Shown here: positions 28,206 to 40,500 of the stretch, one piece after another | How the letters are laid out: every line of letters begins with the position of its first letter | Numbering within the stretch: the first letter of the stretch is position 1 | IMG/VR virus record: IMGVR_UViG_3300036716_000812 | Reading direction: 5' to 3' (one strand) | DNA length: 64,000 nucleotides | From: an uncultured virus (IMG/VR IMGVR_UViG_3300036716_000812) | Lineage: Duplodnaviria; Heunggongvirae; Uroviricota; Caudoviricetes | The notes under the pieces: model-generated | What the model saw: only the letters and a program-made list of their open reading frames with translations | What the model was told of the DNA's origin: nothing | Database searches by the model: none | Program-made: the position numbers and the translations under genes

Positions 28206-28208
28206 GTC

Positions 28209-29849
28209 TTAAAGTTCAGAAATATGGGAATAACTTGGGGATGTAAGTGTTACACCATCTGGAGTATCTTCAGTTATTAGTTCATCAATTGTTACAGTTA
28301 ATGAACCAGCAACATAATCTGTTCCTATCCATGTTCCAGAATATGAACCATTTGTCCAATTATCACCCGAAACTACATATGATGCAATGCCCGTTCCAGT
28401 TCCAGGTCCAGTTGCTGTAAATCTAGTAGCAGTAGTGGTTGCTGTGCCTGTTGCTACGTAATCAGCAGTTCCTAAATTCTGTAATGTTCCTTCACCAGTA
28501 CTTCCATCGGATAGTCCGGTTCCAGTTGCTGTAAATACTGTATTAAGATTATTATCAGCCGCTCCAATTGTAGTGAAGTCTAATGTTCCTGTTACTGTAA
28601 TCTTGTAAGTCTTGCCGACTACGAATGTTCCACTTCTGAATACAGTCTCAGTCTGACCAGTGGCAGTAAAAGTTGTACCTATATTGTTATCTGCTGAACC
28701 TAGTGTTGTAAAGTCTGTGCTACCAACTGCTGTTATTGTATAATCTTTTCCAATAACAAGTTCACTGCTTAAAGTCTCAGCGTTTCCAGTTGCAGTTGCT
28801 ATGAACGTTCTGTTTATTGCATTATCTACAGCACCCAAAGACACCCAATCGACTGGATTAGTGGCGTCAGTATTAGATGTAATAACATATTCATCACCAA
28901 CTACTAATGCAGTGTGTGCCACAACAGTACCACCCGTATGGTTGTCTGTCGCACCGATTGATGTAAAGTCAGTTGTTCCTGCGTTAACGATGGTGTACTC
29001 GGTCCCAATCACAAAGTTGCCTGCAACCAAAGTAGACTCGTGTAATTCATTAAACCATATTCTAATATCTATGTCGTAATTATTTGAAAGTTTTGCTTCA
29101 ACGAATAATTGGTTGTCTGAATAATCACCAGTTCCACCTTTTTTGTATATTTGTTGATAATTTGTGTTTAGACTACTAAATCCTGGTCCCTCGAATCCTA
29201 CACCTGTAGATGCTTCTGTTATAGAATGTCTTATTTTGATAACGCCAATACTATCTAAGAGTGTTTTCCAATCTAAACTTTGTGCATGAGATACATCAAT
29301 ACTAGAAAGAATTGTGTCAATTCTAATTTCACCACCAGTATTGAAAAAATGTCTACGAGCATCTGCGTCTATAAAGAGAACTCTTGTTTCGTAATATATT
29401 TGTTCGTTACTTGTCCAATAAGGAGTACCCGGAGTTCCTGATGGGTCGTAATATGTCTTGTTAGTGGATTTTTGGTTTGCGTTTACAGTCATGTATGCTA
29501 CATCACTGTTTAGTTTGTTTCCTACTATGTTTGCTATATCAGTTGTTATAGTAGGAATAATTGATAGAATATCGTCTGATGGCCAACTAGCATCTGTTGT
29601 ACTAGTTGGCGAATATAAGTTTGTGCCTTGATGTTTGCCTGCATATAGCATCGCGGTTAAAAGTTCATCCCACAATGGTGTTGTTACTTGCTCATTTGCT
29701 TCAGCAACAACGAGATGATTTTGACCGTATCCCGAATTACCAACGCCTATGCCTACAATATTATTAATATCTCCTACAAAAGAGTTAAAATTCGCCACCA
29801 ATATTGCATTGTTTTGGTGATTTTTTGTTAAATAATAACTCTGTGGCAT
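28209..29849 (-). CDS. Virion structural (tail/baseplate-associated) protein with four Thr/Gly-rich repeats
   Basis: FFNTGGEIRI motif shared with the 29874-30791 paralog; repeats of F/LV(I/V)G..Y.I...G..DF..(I/L)GA..N..G..FTATG. Confidence 0.6.
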   Translation of the reverse strand: MPQSYYLTKNHQNNAILVANFNSFVGDINNIVGIGVGNSGYGQNHLVVAEANEQVTTPLWDELLTAMLYAGKHQGTNLYSPTSTTDASWPSDDILSIIPTITTDIANIVGNKLNSDVAYMTVNANQKSTNKTYYDPSGTPGTPYWTSNEQIYYETRVLFIDADARRHFFNTGGEIRIDTILSSIDVSHAQSLDWKTLLDSIGVIKIRHSITEASTGVGFEGPGFSSLNTNYQQIYKKGGTGDYSDNQLFVEAKLSNNYDIDIRIWFNELHESTLVAGNFVIGTEYTIVNAGTTDFTSIGATDNHTGGTVVAHTALVVGDEYVITSNTDATNPVDWVSLGAVDNAINRTFIATATGNAETLSSELVIGKDYTITAVGSTDFTTLGSADNNIGTTFTATGQTETVFRSGTFVVGKTYKITVTGTLDFTTIGAADNNLNTVFTATGTGLSDGSTGEGTLQNLGTADYVATGTATTTATRFTATGPGTGTGIASYVVSGDNWTNGSYSGTWIGTDYVAGSLTVTIDELITEDTPDGVTLTSPSYSHISEL

Positions 29850-29873
29850 ATTACATCTTCCACAATTTAAAAA

Positions 29874-30791
29874 TTACAGGCTATCAGTAACAGTTGCAGT
29901 TGGGTTTGTTAAGTTAACTGAACCAGATGCATTTGTTAATTTCTTTGATGCGATTGTAACTGTTGATGTTCCTGGAACAGTATCATAACCTGACCATGAC
30001 CATGCACCACCATAACCAGAGCCACTGCCTGAACGGGCAACGTGAGCATCTGCTAAGTCAATCTGAATGTAAAGGTCTGCACCACCATTGCCTGTCTTTG
30101 CTGAAACTTGAATATAGTTAGCACTATAATCAGAGTTATCTGCAAATTCTTTCTTATGAACAACATAAGAAGTTGATATACTGTTGTGCTTATATCTTGT
30201 ACGTGCATCAACTGAACTTGAATCTTCTGGTCTTACTGAGTAAGTAAAAGTTCCTAGTTCACCACATAATTGATTCCATGAACTACCTTGGTCTTCGCCA
30301 CCTGTAGCACTATGTGATGCTGTAACTCTAAGTTCGCCGCCTGCGGTAAACCAAGCATTCAAATTGGCCGCTGAACCAAATTCAAATTTAACAATTTGAG
30401 TTCTAGTTCCGTTCCAGTTTGATGCTGTTTCGCTTGTTTCGTTCTGTACGCTTGTGTCCCAGTCTGTGTAAGACCAAGGAGAATCAAAGCGTGTTTCAAT
30501 ATCAGAGATGAATGATGATATTTTTGAACCGTAATCAGTCCAAGTTATTGTATCACCAACATCGACTGCTGTGAATGGATTTGATATGTTGTAATAATTA
30601 CTAATCTTCGCCGCCGCACTGTGTAGTGAATCATGGTACGCATCATCAATAGTATCACCAGTTGATGGATTTGCTGTTATCGTATGTGATTGGTTATAAC
30701 CACCATGCACACCTGTGCCGTTTAAGATAGTATCCATAGCACTTCTTAGACTGTTTAAGTCTGTATTTGTAATTGTTGAGCCTGAAGCCAT
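29874..30791 (-). CDS. Virion structural protein, repeat-free paralog of 28209-29849
   Basis: HGGYNQ, WFTAGGELRV, DYSANY motifs; Ser/Thr-rich; lies in the tail module. Confidence 0.55.
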   Translation of the reverse strand: MASGSTITNTDLNSLRSAMDTILNGTGVHGGYNQSHTITANPSTGDTIDDAYHDSLHSAAAKISNYYNISNPFTAVDVGDTITWTDYGSKISSFISDIETRFDSPWSYTDWDTSVQNETSETASNWNGTRTQIVKFEFGSAANLNAWFTAGGELRVTASHSATGGEDQGSSWNQLCGELGTFTYSVRPEDSSSVDARTRYKHNSISTSYVVHKKEFADNSDYSANYIQVSAKTGNGGADLYIQIDLADAHVARSGSGSGYGGAWSWSGYDTVPGTSTVTIASKKLTNASGSVNLTNPTATVTDSL

Positions 30792-30808
30792 TGTTATACT
30801 CCTAAAAT

Positions 30809-31468
30809 TTAACTAATTTGAATTGTAACTGTGTAATCAATTACAATTGTTCTATTTGCCGCAAGTAACACGGGATGGAAAGTTACATGCGTCATCATTA
30901 ATGTTTTTGTTTTGTCCAGGGCACTACTGTTCGTCACACCCGAGAGAAGTCCGATTTCATCAAATGTAAAAGCATCTGCTTGTGTCTCTGTTGCAGAACT
31001 ATCACTTGTTGGAATCGCTACTCCTACAGCAGTTGCATAATCTGTGTGACTTACGTTTACACTAAATTTTACTTTTGCTGTGTTGTTTGGTACTAATTCT
31101 CCAGCCCCCATGTCCTCTCCTGGAAAATAGACAGTATTAACTGTTTCCTGTTCGTATGTAGGAACATACAATGAAGCATTGCTCGCCGTTATTGCTAGTT
31201 GGTCATACGTTGGGTAGACTCTTGGAGAACGATACGAAAGAGTAGAAGTTGAGGTACTTCCACCAGTGCCAAATTGCATCCAATTAATATGTGGGGCACT
31301 GCCACTAGCATTTACGCTTGTTGCTTTACCTGCCATAGCCGAAGCCATGACATATGCCATATTTCCTGGATGAATTGCATTTTTCTTTTGCACAAGCACA
31401 TCACCACTCTCTTTATCATAGATTTTGAGCGTACCGACTACTTGAGATTTTATTACGTCTTTAAACAT
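30809..31468 (-). CDS. Baseplate/tail fibre attachment protein
   Basis: KKNAIH, FGTGG, FTFDEIGL, THVTFHPV..IDYTVTI motifs; late promoter upstream. Confidence 0.55.
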   Translation of the reverse strand: MFKDVIKSQVVGTLKIYDKESGDVLVQKKNAIHPGNMAYVMASAMAGKATSVNASGSAPHINWMQFGTGGSTSTSTLSYRSPRVYPTYDQLAITASNASLYVPTYEQETVNTVYFPGEDMGAGELVPNNTAKVKFSVNVSHTDYATAVGVAIPTSDSSATETQADAFTFDEIGLLSGVTNSSALDKTKTLMMTHVTFHPVLLAANRTIVIDYTVTIQIS

Positions 31469-31497
31469 GTTATATCCGTCTCTTAGATTATATCTTA

Positions 31498-31521
31498 TAT
31501 TTATCTACTATTGTATTTATA
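31498..31521 (-). promoter_or_regulatory. Putative late promoters (TATAAATA 31514-31521, GATAAATA 31498-31505)
   Basis: T4 late-type octamers upstream of the structural genes. Confidence 0.6.
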
Positions 31522-31552
31522 CATTTATGCAAATACTTCTGTTCTACTAAAA

Positions 31553-34500
31553 TTATTTCTGGTCTTGTAAGACTAATGCTAGTGGCGTTTCAAGCACAAA
31601 TACTCTATCATTTTGTGAAAAATTGTGTCCTACTGTTGTATATAATGCTCTTTCTACAATATTTAATTCACCGCCAGTGTTTTTATCATACATCATAAAC
31701 TCTACATTTTCTGGATTACTAACACTTTGTACAGCAATCAGTTTCTTGTTCTTCTTTGAGGCACTTAATTCTTCTGCCTTTGCTGTTCCTTGTAATCCGG
31801 TATACTTAAATCGTCCTCTAGCCGTGCCTGTTCCTGTGCCGACGCCTGTTGCTGTAAATACTGTACCAACATTACTATCGGTTGCTCCAATTAGTGTGAA
31901 GTCTGTTGTTCCGACTGATACAATAGTATACTCTCTTCCAATGACAAATGAACCAGAGTTAATTGTCCAAGTATCTGCTAATGTTCCCCAATCTTTAATA
32001 GGAACATTATAGCCCCTACCATAAACATCATACACATAAAACTCTGTTTTGTCAAGAGTAAACCCAGTTAAGTCGCCATCAGTTGCATGTATGTCTGCAT
32101 CGTTACTTCCGTCTTTGTAATCTTGGAGTATAACAACAGACGATTCAACTGCTCTAGCATCAACTTGACCCGTATCAATTCCACCCTCAACTGTAGTTGC
32201 AGTAGTTCGGTTTCTTAAAAAATCACCTGCTTCTAAATCGCCATGACTGCCAATATCTTTGTCTGTAGTATTTGTTGGCGTATTTCCTGTTGTGCCACCA
32301 TCAAAGACTTCGCCCTGTTTCTTATATCTACTTGCTTTACCGAAGTCTAAGGTAAGATTCAAATTCTCATCAATAGTTGTTGATACGATTGCTGTGTCTG
32401 AGGTTTTATTTAATCGTTTTACTTCTCGTATCTTTGTGTGATATGGTTTTGTTTCTCTGATATATTCTAATATGTCAGTCTCACCGTCTCTCTGATACAC
32501 TGCGTGTTGCTTTAATTCTCTGCTATGTAAGTTTAGGTCAAAATAACTTGTTTTAAATAACCAATCAGGATAAGATTTTTCTGTATAAAGATAATCAATC
32601 ATTCTATAGAATATATTATTGATAAATGATGTTTCAGAATGATTTCTAATTAGGTTCATTAATTCTTGTATTTGGACTCCTACTGCGTTCTTATAATATT
32701 CTTCAACCACTGTGCCGTTGCCTGTTCCTGTGCCAGTTGCCGTGAAGGTCTCACCAACGGAATTTGCGCCAGCACCTATCAAAGTGAAATCAGTTGTGCC
32801 AACTGATAGTATTTCGTACTGTTCACCAATGACAAAGTTTCCGCCTGTCTTTGTTTCTGGATATGTTATAGATGAAAGTTCTATATTCAACGAACTTTTG
32901 CTTCTATTAACTAGTTGAAGTCTGTTATCTATTTCAAAGTAATATTCGTCATGTGTTGGTAGTTTCAACTTAAATGATTTTATTCCATTTTGATATTGCC
33001 CAATCATATCAAACTCTCTAGTAGTTGATAGGTAAGAGAAAGTTTTGATAGTTTTGTAATTGTCATCTATATACCAGTCACCAAGACTAAAGATAAAGTC
33101 ATCTGTGTCTATATATTGTGCATGATTTGAATACTTAGTTTGTAGTAATTCTTTACTCATTACCGCATTAATAATCGATGCGAAGTTTTCTCTTGCCTTG
33201 TGTTCAATTGTGAACCAATTATTATCTGTCTTTGATATCTTATACACTCGCAATACATCACCAACAGTCATTTTGTGATTTTGACTTATTTTTAGAGTAG
33301 AGCCTTCAATAGTTAGATAACTTGATTTTACTGTCTTGTTGTCATGTGTGACCACAATGTCGTTTATAGTTAAACCGGATATAAACTGATTGCCGTTAGC
33401 ATCAACTGGTGTTACAACTGCGAAGTTAATATCTTCCAAGTCTGATGTCGTAAACTTTGTAGCATATGTAGACTTGAATCTACATTTATCATCAGATAAA
33501 AGATTTTCAATAGTAATACCAGAGATGGAGTCAGTCATGTCATCCAACACTACCGGATTAACCGGAGTATCGTTGTCTTCTATAAGTAGTTGCCAATCTG
33601 ATGTTTCTTTTACAATTCCGGTTGTTACTTGATATTCTAATGATGTGGTTATTTTACTACTGTCATATGATTTAGAATGATTAGTAATAATCGCACTAGT
33701 TTTACCTACTGGCAAGAATCTATTTTTAGGAGCGGAAGAGGCAAGTAGCATTGCAAGATTCTTAGCATCAGAGTCTGTAGATGACCAGAAGAAATAGTCA
33801 GTTATTTCTTTGCCAGCATCAGTATCATAGTATGTCTTTGTGTTATATGCAGTTGTTGCCACTGGTAATGTTCGAGACTTTGTCCATTTACGTATTATTA
33901 TATTAGAACTATCTACTGTTTTGCCCCAATATTTCCTCACAAAATCGACATCTAAGTTTCCATTAGCATCGCCATAGTCGTTATAACGATAAAAACGTGC
34001 GTCTTCTGTGTCCCACCATATAGTATCTAACTTCTCGTCTAACCACAAGTCGTTGCTTGTAGTTGTATCATATTTTGCAGGGTCAGTCCACATGATGTAA
34101 TCTAATTTTGAAACAATTTGTCCTGGCATCTTTAAGTTAAGTGGGTCATATAGTTGATGGTTTATAAAGTTCTCACCATCTTGTACTATTAGTCTTTTAG
34201 TCAGGTCAGTATCAATAACTGTGGCTTTTCTGGCATGAATTGATGTACCAGTCGCCGGACTATAACTCAACACTGCCCAACCGGCAGTACTGTAATTGTC
34301 TATCCATAATTTACTTGCACTATTCAGTCCAAGTGCTGTTTCAAATTCTAAGCGTGACGAGCCGTTAAATCCAGGAGTATATCTCACTGATTTCCATTGC
34401 ATCGCTTTAAAGTTAGCACTTGACGTTACATTAGAGTATGTCAAAACTAGACCAACTCTAGTTAACATTGATGAAGAAGTTCCCGAGAATGACATTTGTA

Positions 34501-37500
34501 CTGAGTCTGAAGTAAATATCATTCTTCCGTCACTCGACAATCCAACCACGAGGTCTGATGCCGCAGTGATTTGACTTGCGAATTCTAATGCAGAAGGACT
34601 TGATGAAGTTGCGTTACTGTATGTTCCCGCTGTTATTCCTAAATCACTAAGAGGATTTCCAGAAATATTAGATGTAACGATACTCTTTTCTGTGCTTGTT
34701 ATTTTTACTTGTCTATCAGACTTGACTGCTTCAACAGTTGAGCCTTGAAATACTTGATTATTTAAATCAACAATAATATTATCTGTGGCATCAACAGCGA
34801 CCATTGGGTTGCCAGTTTCTGGACCAGGTCCTGGGTGTGCTGTTGTTGTTGTATATCCTAATCTGCTCATAGCACCAGAAGTCACTTCAACGATATCTAA
34901 GTTATGATTTGTACTTGTTATTTTAATCGTGCCAGTTATAACTTGTGCTGAGACTCCGGAAACACCAATTGCATTTATTTGTGCAGTAACACTATCTAAT
35001 GTTGGTGGCGAATTCGTTTCATATGTACCTGCTGTGATTCCCAACTCGGCTAATGCAGTTCCAGAAATTACCATTTGACTTCCTGAACTTGCTATAGTCA
35101 TGCGATTGTCTGCGCCAACTGTAGCAGTAATGTCAGTTATTGTAGTTAAGTCTGTCGCTAAGTTATCTAGTTTCGAATCCGTGTAAGCATTTGTTGTTGA
35201 TAGTCCTAAATCAATCAATGAACCACCTGTCATGGTTAGTTGCGGAACTGATGTTGTCAGAACCAATTGATTTGACGAAGCAGATGCTACAACATTGCCT
35301 GTTCCTGAATTAATCGCATTTACAATTGCAGTTAAATCATCGCCGCTTGTCAGTGTAACCGTATCGCCATTAATTGTCAGTGGCTTTGTCGATGACATAA
35401 CTGGAGAAGAAACTGTTCCAGTAACAGTTAAATCTTCAATTGTCTTTGTTGTTCCATCAATTACTACTGTGTTGTTTGTTGTAAGTGCCGAACTTCTTGT
35501 TGCTGTTGTTGTTTTTGATATGTTTTCTGTATTACTATAGTCTATAGTCAGTGATGTATCATCAATTTTTATTTCGTCACCATAAGTAGAACTAAAGGCA
35601 CCTATTGTTTTTGCAACAGTTCCAGTGAACGTAACTGTTGTGCTTGTTCCATTTTCAACTGTGCCGCCAGAATTATAAACAACAAAACTTGCTTGTTCAT
35701 CTTCGGTCACAATTGGGTTGGCAACTGTACCAAGAATTGTAATTCCCGAACTAGTTAATCCAGTTGCTGTATAAGTGAACTCTGTGCCATCAATTGTTAT
35801 TGTCTCATTGTCAGTGAATTCTGGGTTACTTACCGAACCAATTGCTTCTACACCAGAGTTTGAACTAGTTGGAACGAACACACTATTTGAAGTTGTGGAA
35901 TCTATCTCAACAGTTAAGGGTTCAAAATCTTCTTCAAATACTAGATACTCATGTACTATTGTTCCATTTACTGATTTTGTTCCATTAGAAGATAGTAAAT
36001 AATATCCTGATATAGTTGGAGTTATCTCGTCAGCAGATATTTTTATATAAATTGGCTTAGAAGCAGATTCATCATCAATTTCAGAAGCAGTACCAATATA
36101 TAATTGATTATCTGATGTTTCGCCAATATAACTTAATTCGGCAACTTCACTAAGACGTACAACATCCCATTCTCTGTCTGTGTCTGCTTGTATCCATGCG
36201 GTGTCACCTTCGTATAAAGAAGTCTCTGTCAAGGAAGTCAGTGAATCGTATGTGCTTGTAGTGTAACTGACATCAGATTCATTCACATATCCCGTTGTTT
36301 TAATTGCTATATTATTTTCTTTTGTAACGGGTAATAGTTCTTTAGTTGTATCTTGGTATTCTATTAAAAATGGGTCTTGAATCATGTCGTCAACTAATAC
36401 TTCTTTGGTCATTGTAAATTTCGAAGACTGATGACCATACTCACTTAGTTTAATTGCCCAGATGTCAGATTGTGTGATGTTTTCAAAATCACTGTTGTTG
36501 TTAATTATCTTATCGATACTTGAAACTGTTCCTTTGTGTGACAAGAAACCTTTATAAAATTCTAGTTGAGATTCTCTTTCAACACCGTGATTTGTTAGAT
36601 AGTCTCTTGTTGTATATCCATATTGGTTTGATTTCAACTTATTGACAATTGATAAACTTTGGTCAACTAATGTATCTCTGTAACTATTAGTTTCAGCAAT
36701 CATTGTATCGAAGTTAGGTAACAACTTATTATCATATACTATGAAACCATCAACTGACATCGTCCCGTCCCAATCGATTGTTCGGTTACAATCAACCTGT
36801 ACTCTAAGATTTCTATTATGACTATGAGGGTCGTATATGACATCTCCATAACTATCAGTTCTGTCAACAACGAATGCGTGTTCGATATCTCTTATATCCA
36901 TCTTCATTCCATAGATAGGAACGTTGCTTGTGAATGTTAGTTTAGAACCGTCTGTGTGAAAATTAACTTCAGAATTTGGTATAAGTCTGCCAGATGCGTC
37001 TACTATACGATAATAATTCTTAAATGTTTCTGTTGCTACACTGGCTACACCATAATCTGTATTAAAATTGCCGCCAGTCAATAATGGTGTCAGAGTGATA
37101 AAATCACCAACCGAATTATTTTCTGATTGCCATTCTAAGAATTTGTATAATAGATTTTCCCAATCTACGGGCTCAGCAAACTCATTTGAATCTGTGAATT
37201 CCCATCCTACTAATTTAAGATAATGTTCATATCCCATTATTAGATGTGCAACTTCATCTACTGTTTCTAAGATATCTCCATAATTATAATTCTTTACAGT
37301 ATCATCTACCAAGTCTTGGTAACCCATTGCTTGAATTTTGTTTGTTGTTGGCCATTCTGCTACTGGTTTCCAATCTTTAATATTATCATCAAAGTCAGTA
37401 GATGATGTATGGCTGGTAAGACAAACATAAGGAATATCATTCCATAATGTATATGAATCCATTCTGTAATACTCGCCTGATTGCCATGATTTTAATGTGA

Positions 37501-40500
37501 GTTTATCACCGGCAGTTGAGAATGCTTTTTCTCCACTTGCTTTATCCCAACCCATTGAGTAAAATACTGGATTTAGTTCATCATATCCGTGAACTCTAAA
37601 TCCAAACTTGTCAATCTTAGGCTGTGAAATTAGTGTCCATCTACTGTAATCAAAAACGATTACGTTAGGGTCTGCTTTTTCTTTTGCTGAAGCCTCAGTT
37701 ATTTTTCTTTTATAATACTTACTGTCATTTGGATTTAAAACAATCGTGCCGGCTACATAATTGCTCTCTTTGGCAGTTTGTAATGAATACTCTGGATGCT
37801 TAGTAGCGGTTGATACTTTTTCTAATACGATAGCACTAAAGAATTCGCTTCTATTTGGCACACCAGCATGAACAAACAAGTCAAAGTTGTCTTCTGGTAA
37901 TTCAGTGAATCTACTATTTGATAATGCGTTATTTTCTGTCTGCAATTTAAAGTTATTAACAAATCCACCTAACTTTGAGCCCAATTTAAATGAATAGTTT
38001 TCTTTTTCTTTGATTGTTGTTTTATTGTCAATGCCTTCATTCTTATTAGAATACTCAATAATATCTGCTAATTCATTTTTATATTTGTGTATAATCTCAA
38101 ATGGATTTGTCAACAGCATTAATAGAAATTCTGCAAATACATATTCACTGCTACGAGTCCATGCGAGTTCAACTGGAGAATTATCACCAAATTCCCACGC
38201 TTGTTTCATTAACTCTATATCGTCATATGTAAATGTGACACCGCCAAAGAATAAATCTTCTGGTGGTTTTAATTTTCCAACATCTGCAGGTGTCGGAGCA
38301 TCGGCATCGCCCCAAACTGGAACTGGACAAGTTAAAGAATTAGTTGATATTAATAAATTCCAAAATGCAACTGTGGTGTAATCTGTGCCATACGTAGAAT
38401 CAAAATCTACTGGCTTCTGTGATAATTTGATTGCTTTCCATGGTTCCAGCAAAGGTCTGTCTGTGCCATAAGCACGAATTAGTTGGCCTCTCCAGTTACC
38501 ACTGGCTGTTTCATCTTTTGCTCTATAGTTCCATGTTTTAAAATCAGAGGCATCGTGTGCATCATTAGTCAAATTATCGATACTATTCCTCGACATCCAC
38601 TTTTTAAAGAATGGATACATAATGTATTTCTTTTCAGCATTAGAATAATCATTTGTAGATGTTCCAAATAGACCATAATTCATACTGTCTATCGTAGAAT
38701 TTGTATTATCTGATAGATTATTAAATACTAAAGTTTCGAATATAAATAAAATTTTATCTATTCTGTTTGTTTCAGGTCCATTACCTTGACCGTAATCAAC
38801 TAACGGATATGCTGGTATCAATGAACCATCATGTCCTTTAATAAAATTGACGTCCGTTTCATATTCCGTATCTGTGATAATCTCTGGAATATGTGCTGGT
38901 GCGATTCCCAATGAAGTTGCACTTGGTGGGATATAATTCTCTTTAATGTTAATATAATGTCTAACAGTTATTGTGTCACTAGATGACCTGTCTGTTGTAA
39001 AGATTATCTCTGTTGCACCAGATGATAATGTATAGTCTACGTTAAGTCGTTGAACAACATCATTTAGAATTATAACAACATCTTTGTCATATAGTATAGA
39101 ATCTCTAAATGTAGGCATTACCTGCTCAGTCGCACCATCGATAACATTTACATCAAGTTGCTGATAATGAGAATGATTCTCACCAAAGTTTATCATTGTG
39201 CTGTCTCTAAAAATGCTTACACTTGAGTGTTTTCCTAAAGATATGGTGTCGATTGCATCTTCTAAAACTTGCAAGTCTGTTTTAGTATCACTGGCACTGT
39301 TTGACAATTTGTCTATAATTGTCGTTAATAGTTTATTCTTGTATCCGTTGTAAGAGTTTGATAAAAATTCTGTTGCTTTTATTGGATTATAATCTTCTCT
39401 TGTTAACGCAAAGTATGCCTCTTTAATATCTATAGAGTTAATAACTAAAATACTTCCCTTGTCGGCATGTCTTAGTTTCTCAATTGTATCACCGATATTT
39501 CTGTAGTTATTTGAAGCGTTAGCATCTCCAGTTAATCCGCTCGTGGTCTCAATTATACGAGACATATGCTCATGCATTGTAGAGTAAACCAACTCTACAT
39601 TAACATACGAATTATTATCAATATTGTATTCTAATGAAGGATTGATTTTTTGAAACACTGTATCGCCGTCATAAACAACAGCAGTAGAAGTACAATAATC
39701 AACATATATATTTCCAGCAACCTCACTTGTTAGTGTGATTTTCTTTGACACTGTGTCAAATGTGTAGTTTCCTATTTGCTTTTTGCCATCTACATATAAA
39801 TCAATTGAATTGAAATTTTTAGGAGACTGAAGAAGTTCAATCTCTGAAACTGTAATTTTGTCGCCAACTTCTTGTCTTAGGTTTCTATAATCAAAAGTAG
39901 TAGAGACCATCAATTGTTTATAAGTAGTAATACTTGGATTTTCCCACTTATAGGTTGATGTTTCTAATAAGTCAATGTTGAATACCATCTCACTGTAATA
40001 ATCACCCGCTTTTAACTTAGGTTTGAATCCTAGTTCAGTGTCTGTTACATAATTGTCACCAACTACATAGTGAAATATTTTTATGTCAGAAAGTTGAGTT
40101 GTTCCTGTATCATCATATGATTTAAATGTTGGCAGTTCCCACGTTACATCACTTAAAGATTTATCAGCACTTGAAGTGCTAAGTTCTATGTGTTGGTCAA
40201 ATTCTATGATTGGACGAGATGCCTGTACTATCAACTCGAAGTTTGAATCATCAATATATGCCTTGATATCATCATAATGGAACCAACTGTTATTTTTTGA
40301 CCACCAGTTATCTGTGCCGTGTGGCATATCTGTACTATTGTTGATTGTAACGTAATGTTTGTTGTCTGAGCCAGCAAAGATTTCAGCACGAAATGATGAT
40401 GGAACCCAGTAGTACATACTAAAGTTAACAAATTTATCTAAATCTATTGGCAACGCAACAGTTCTTAATGTGTTATTGCTATTAAATAATCTTCTGTGGT

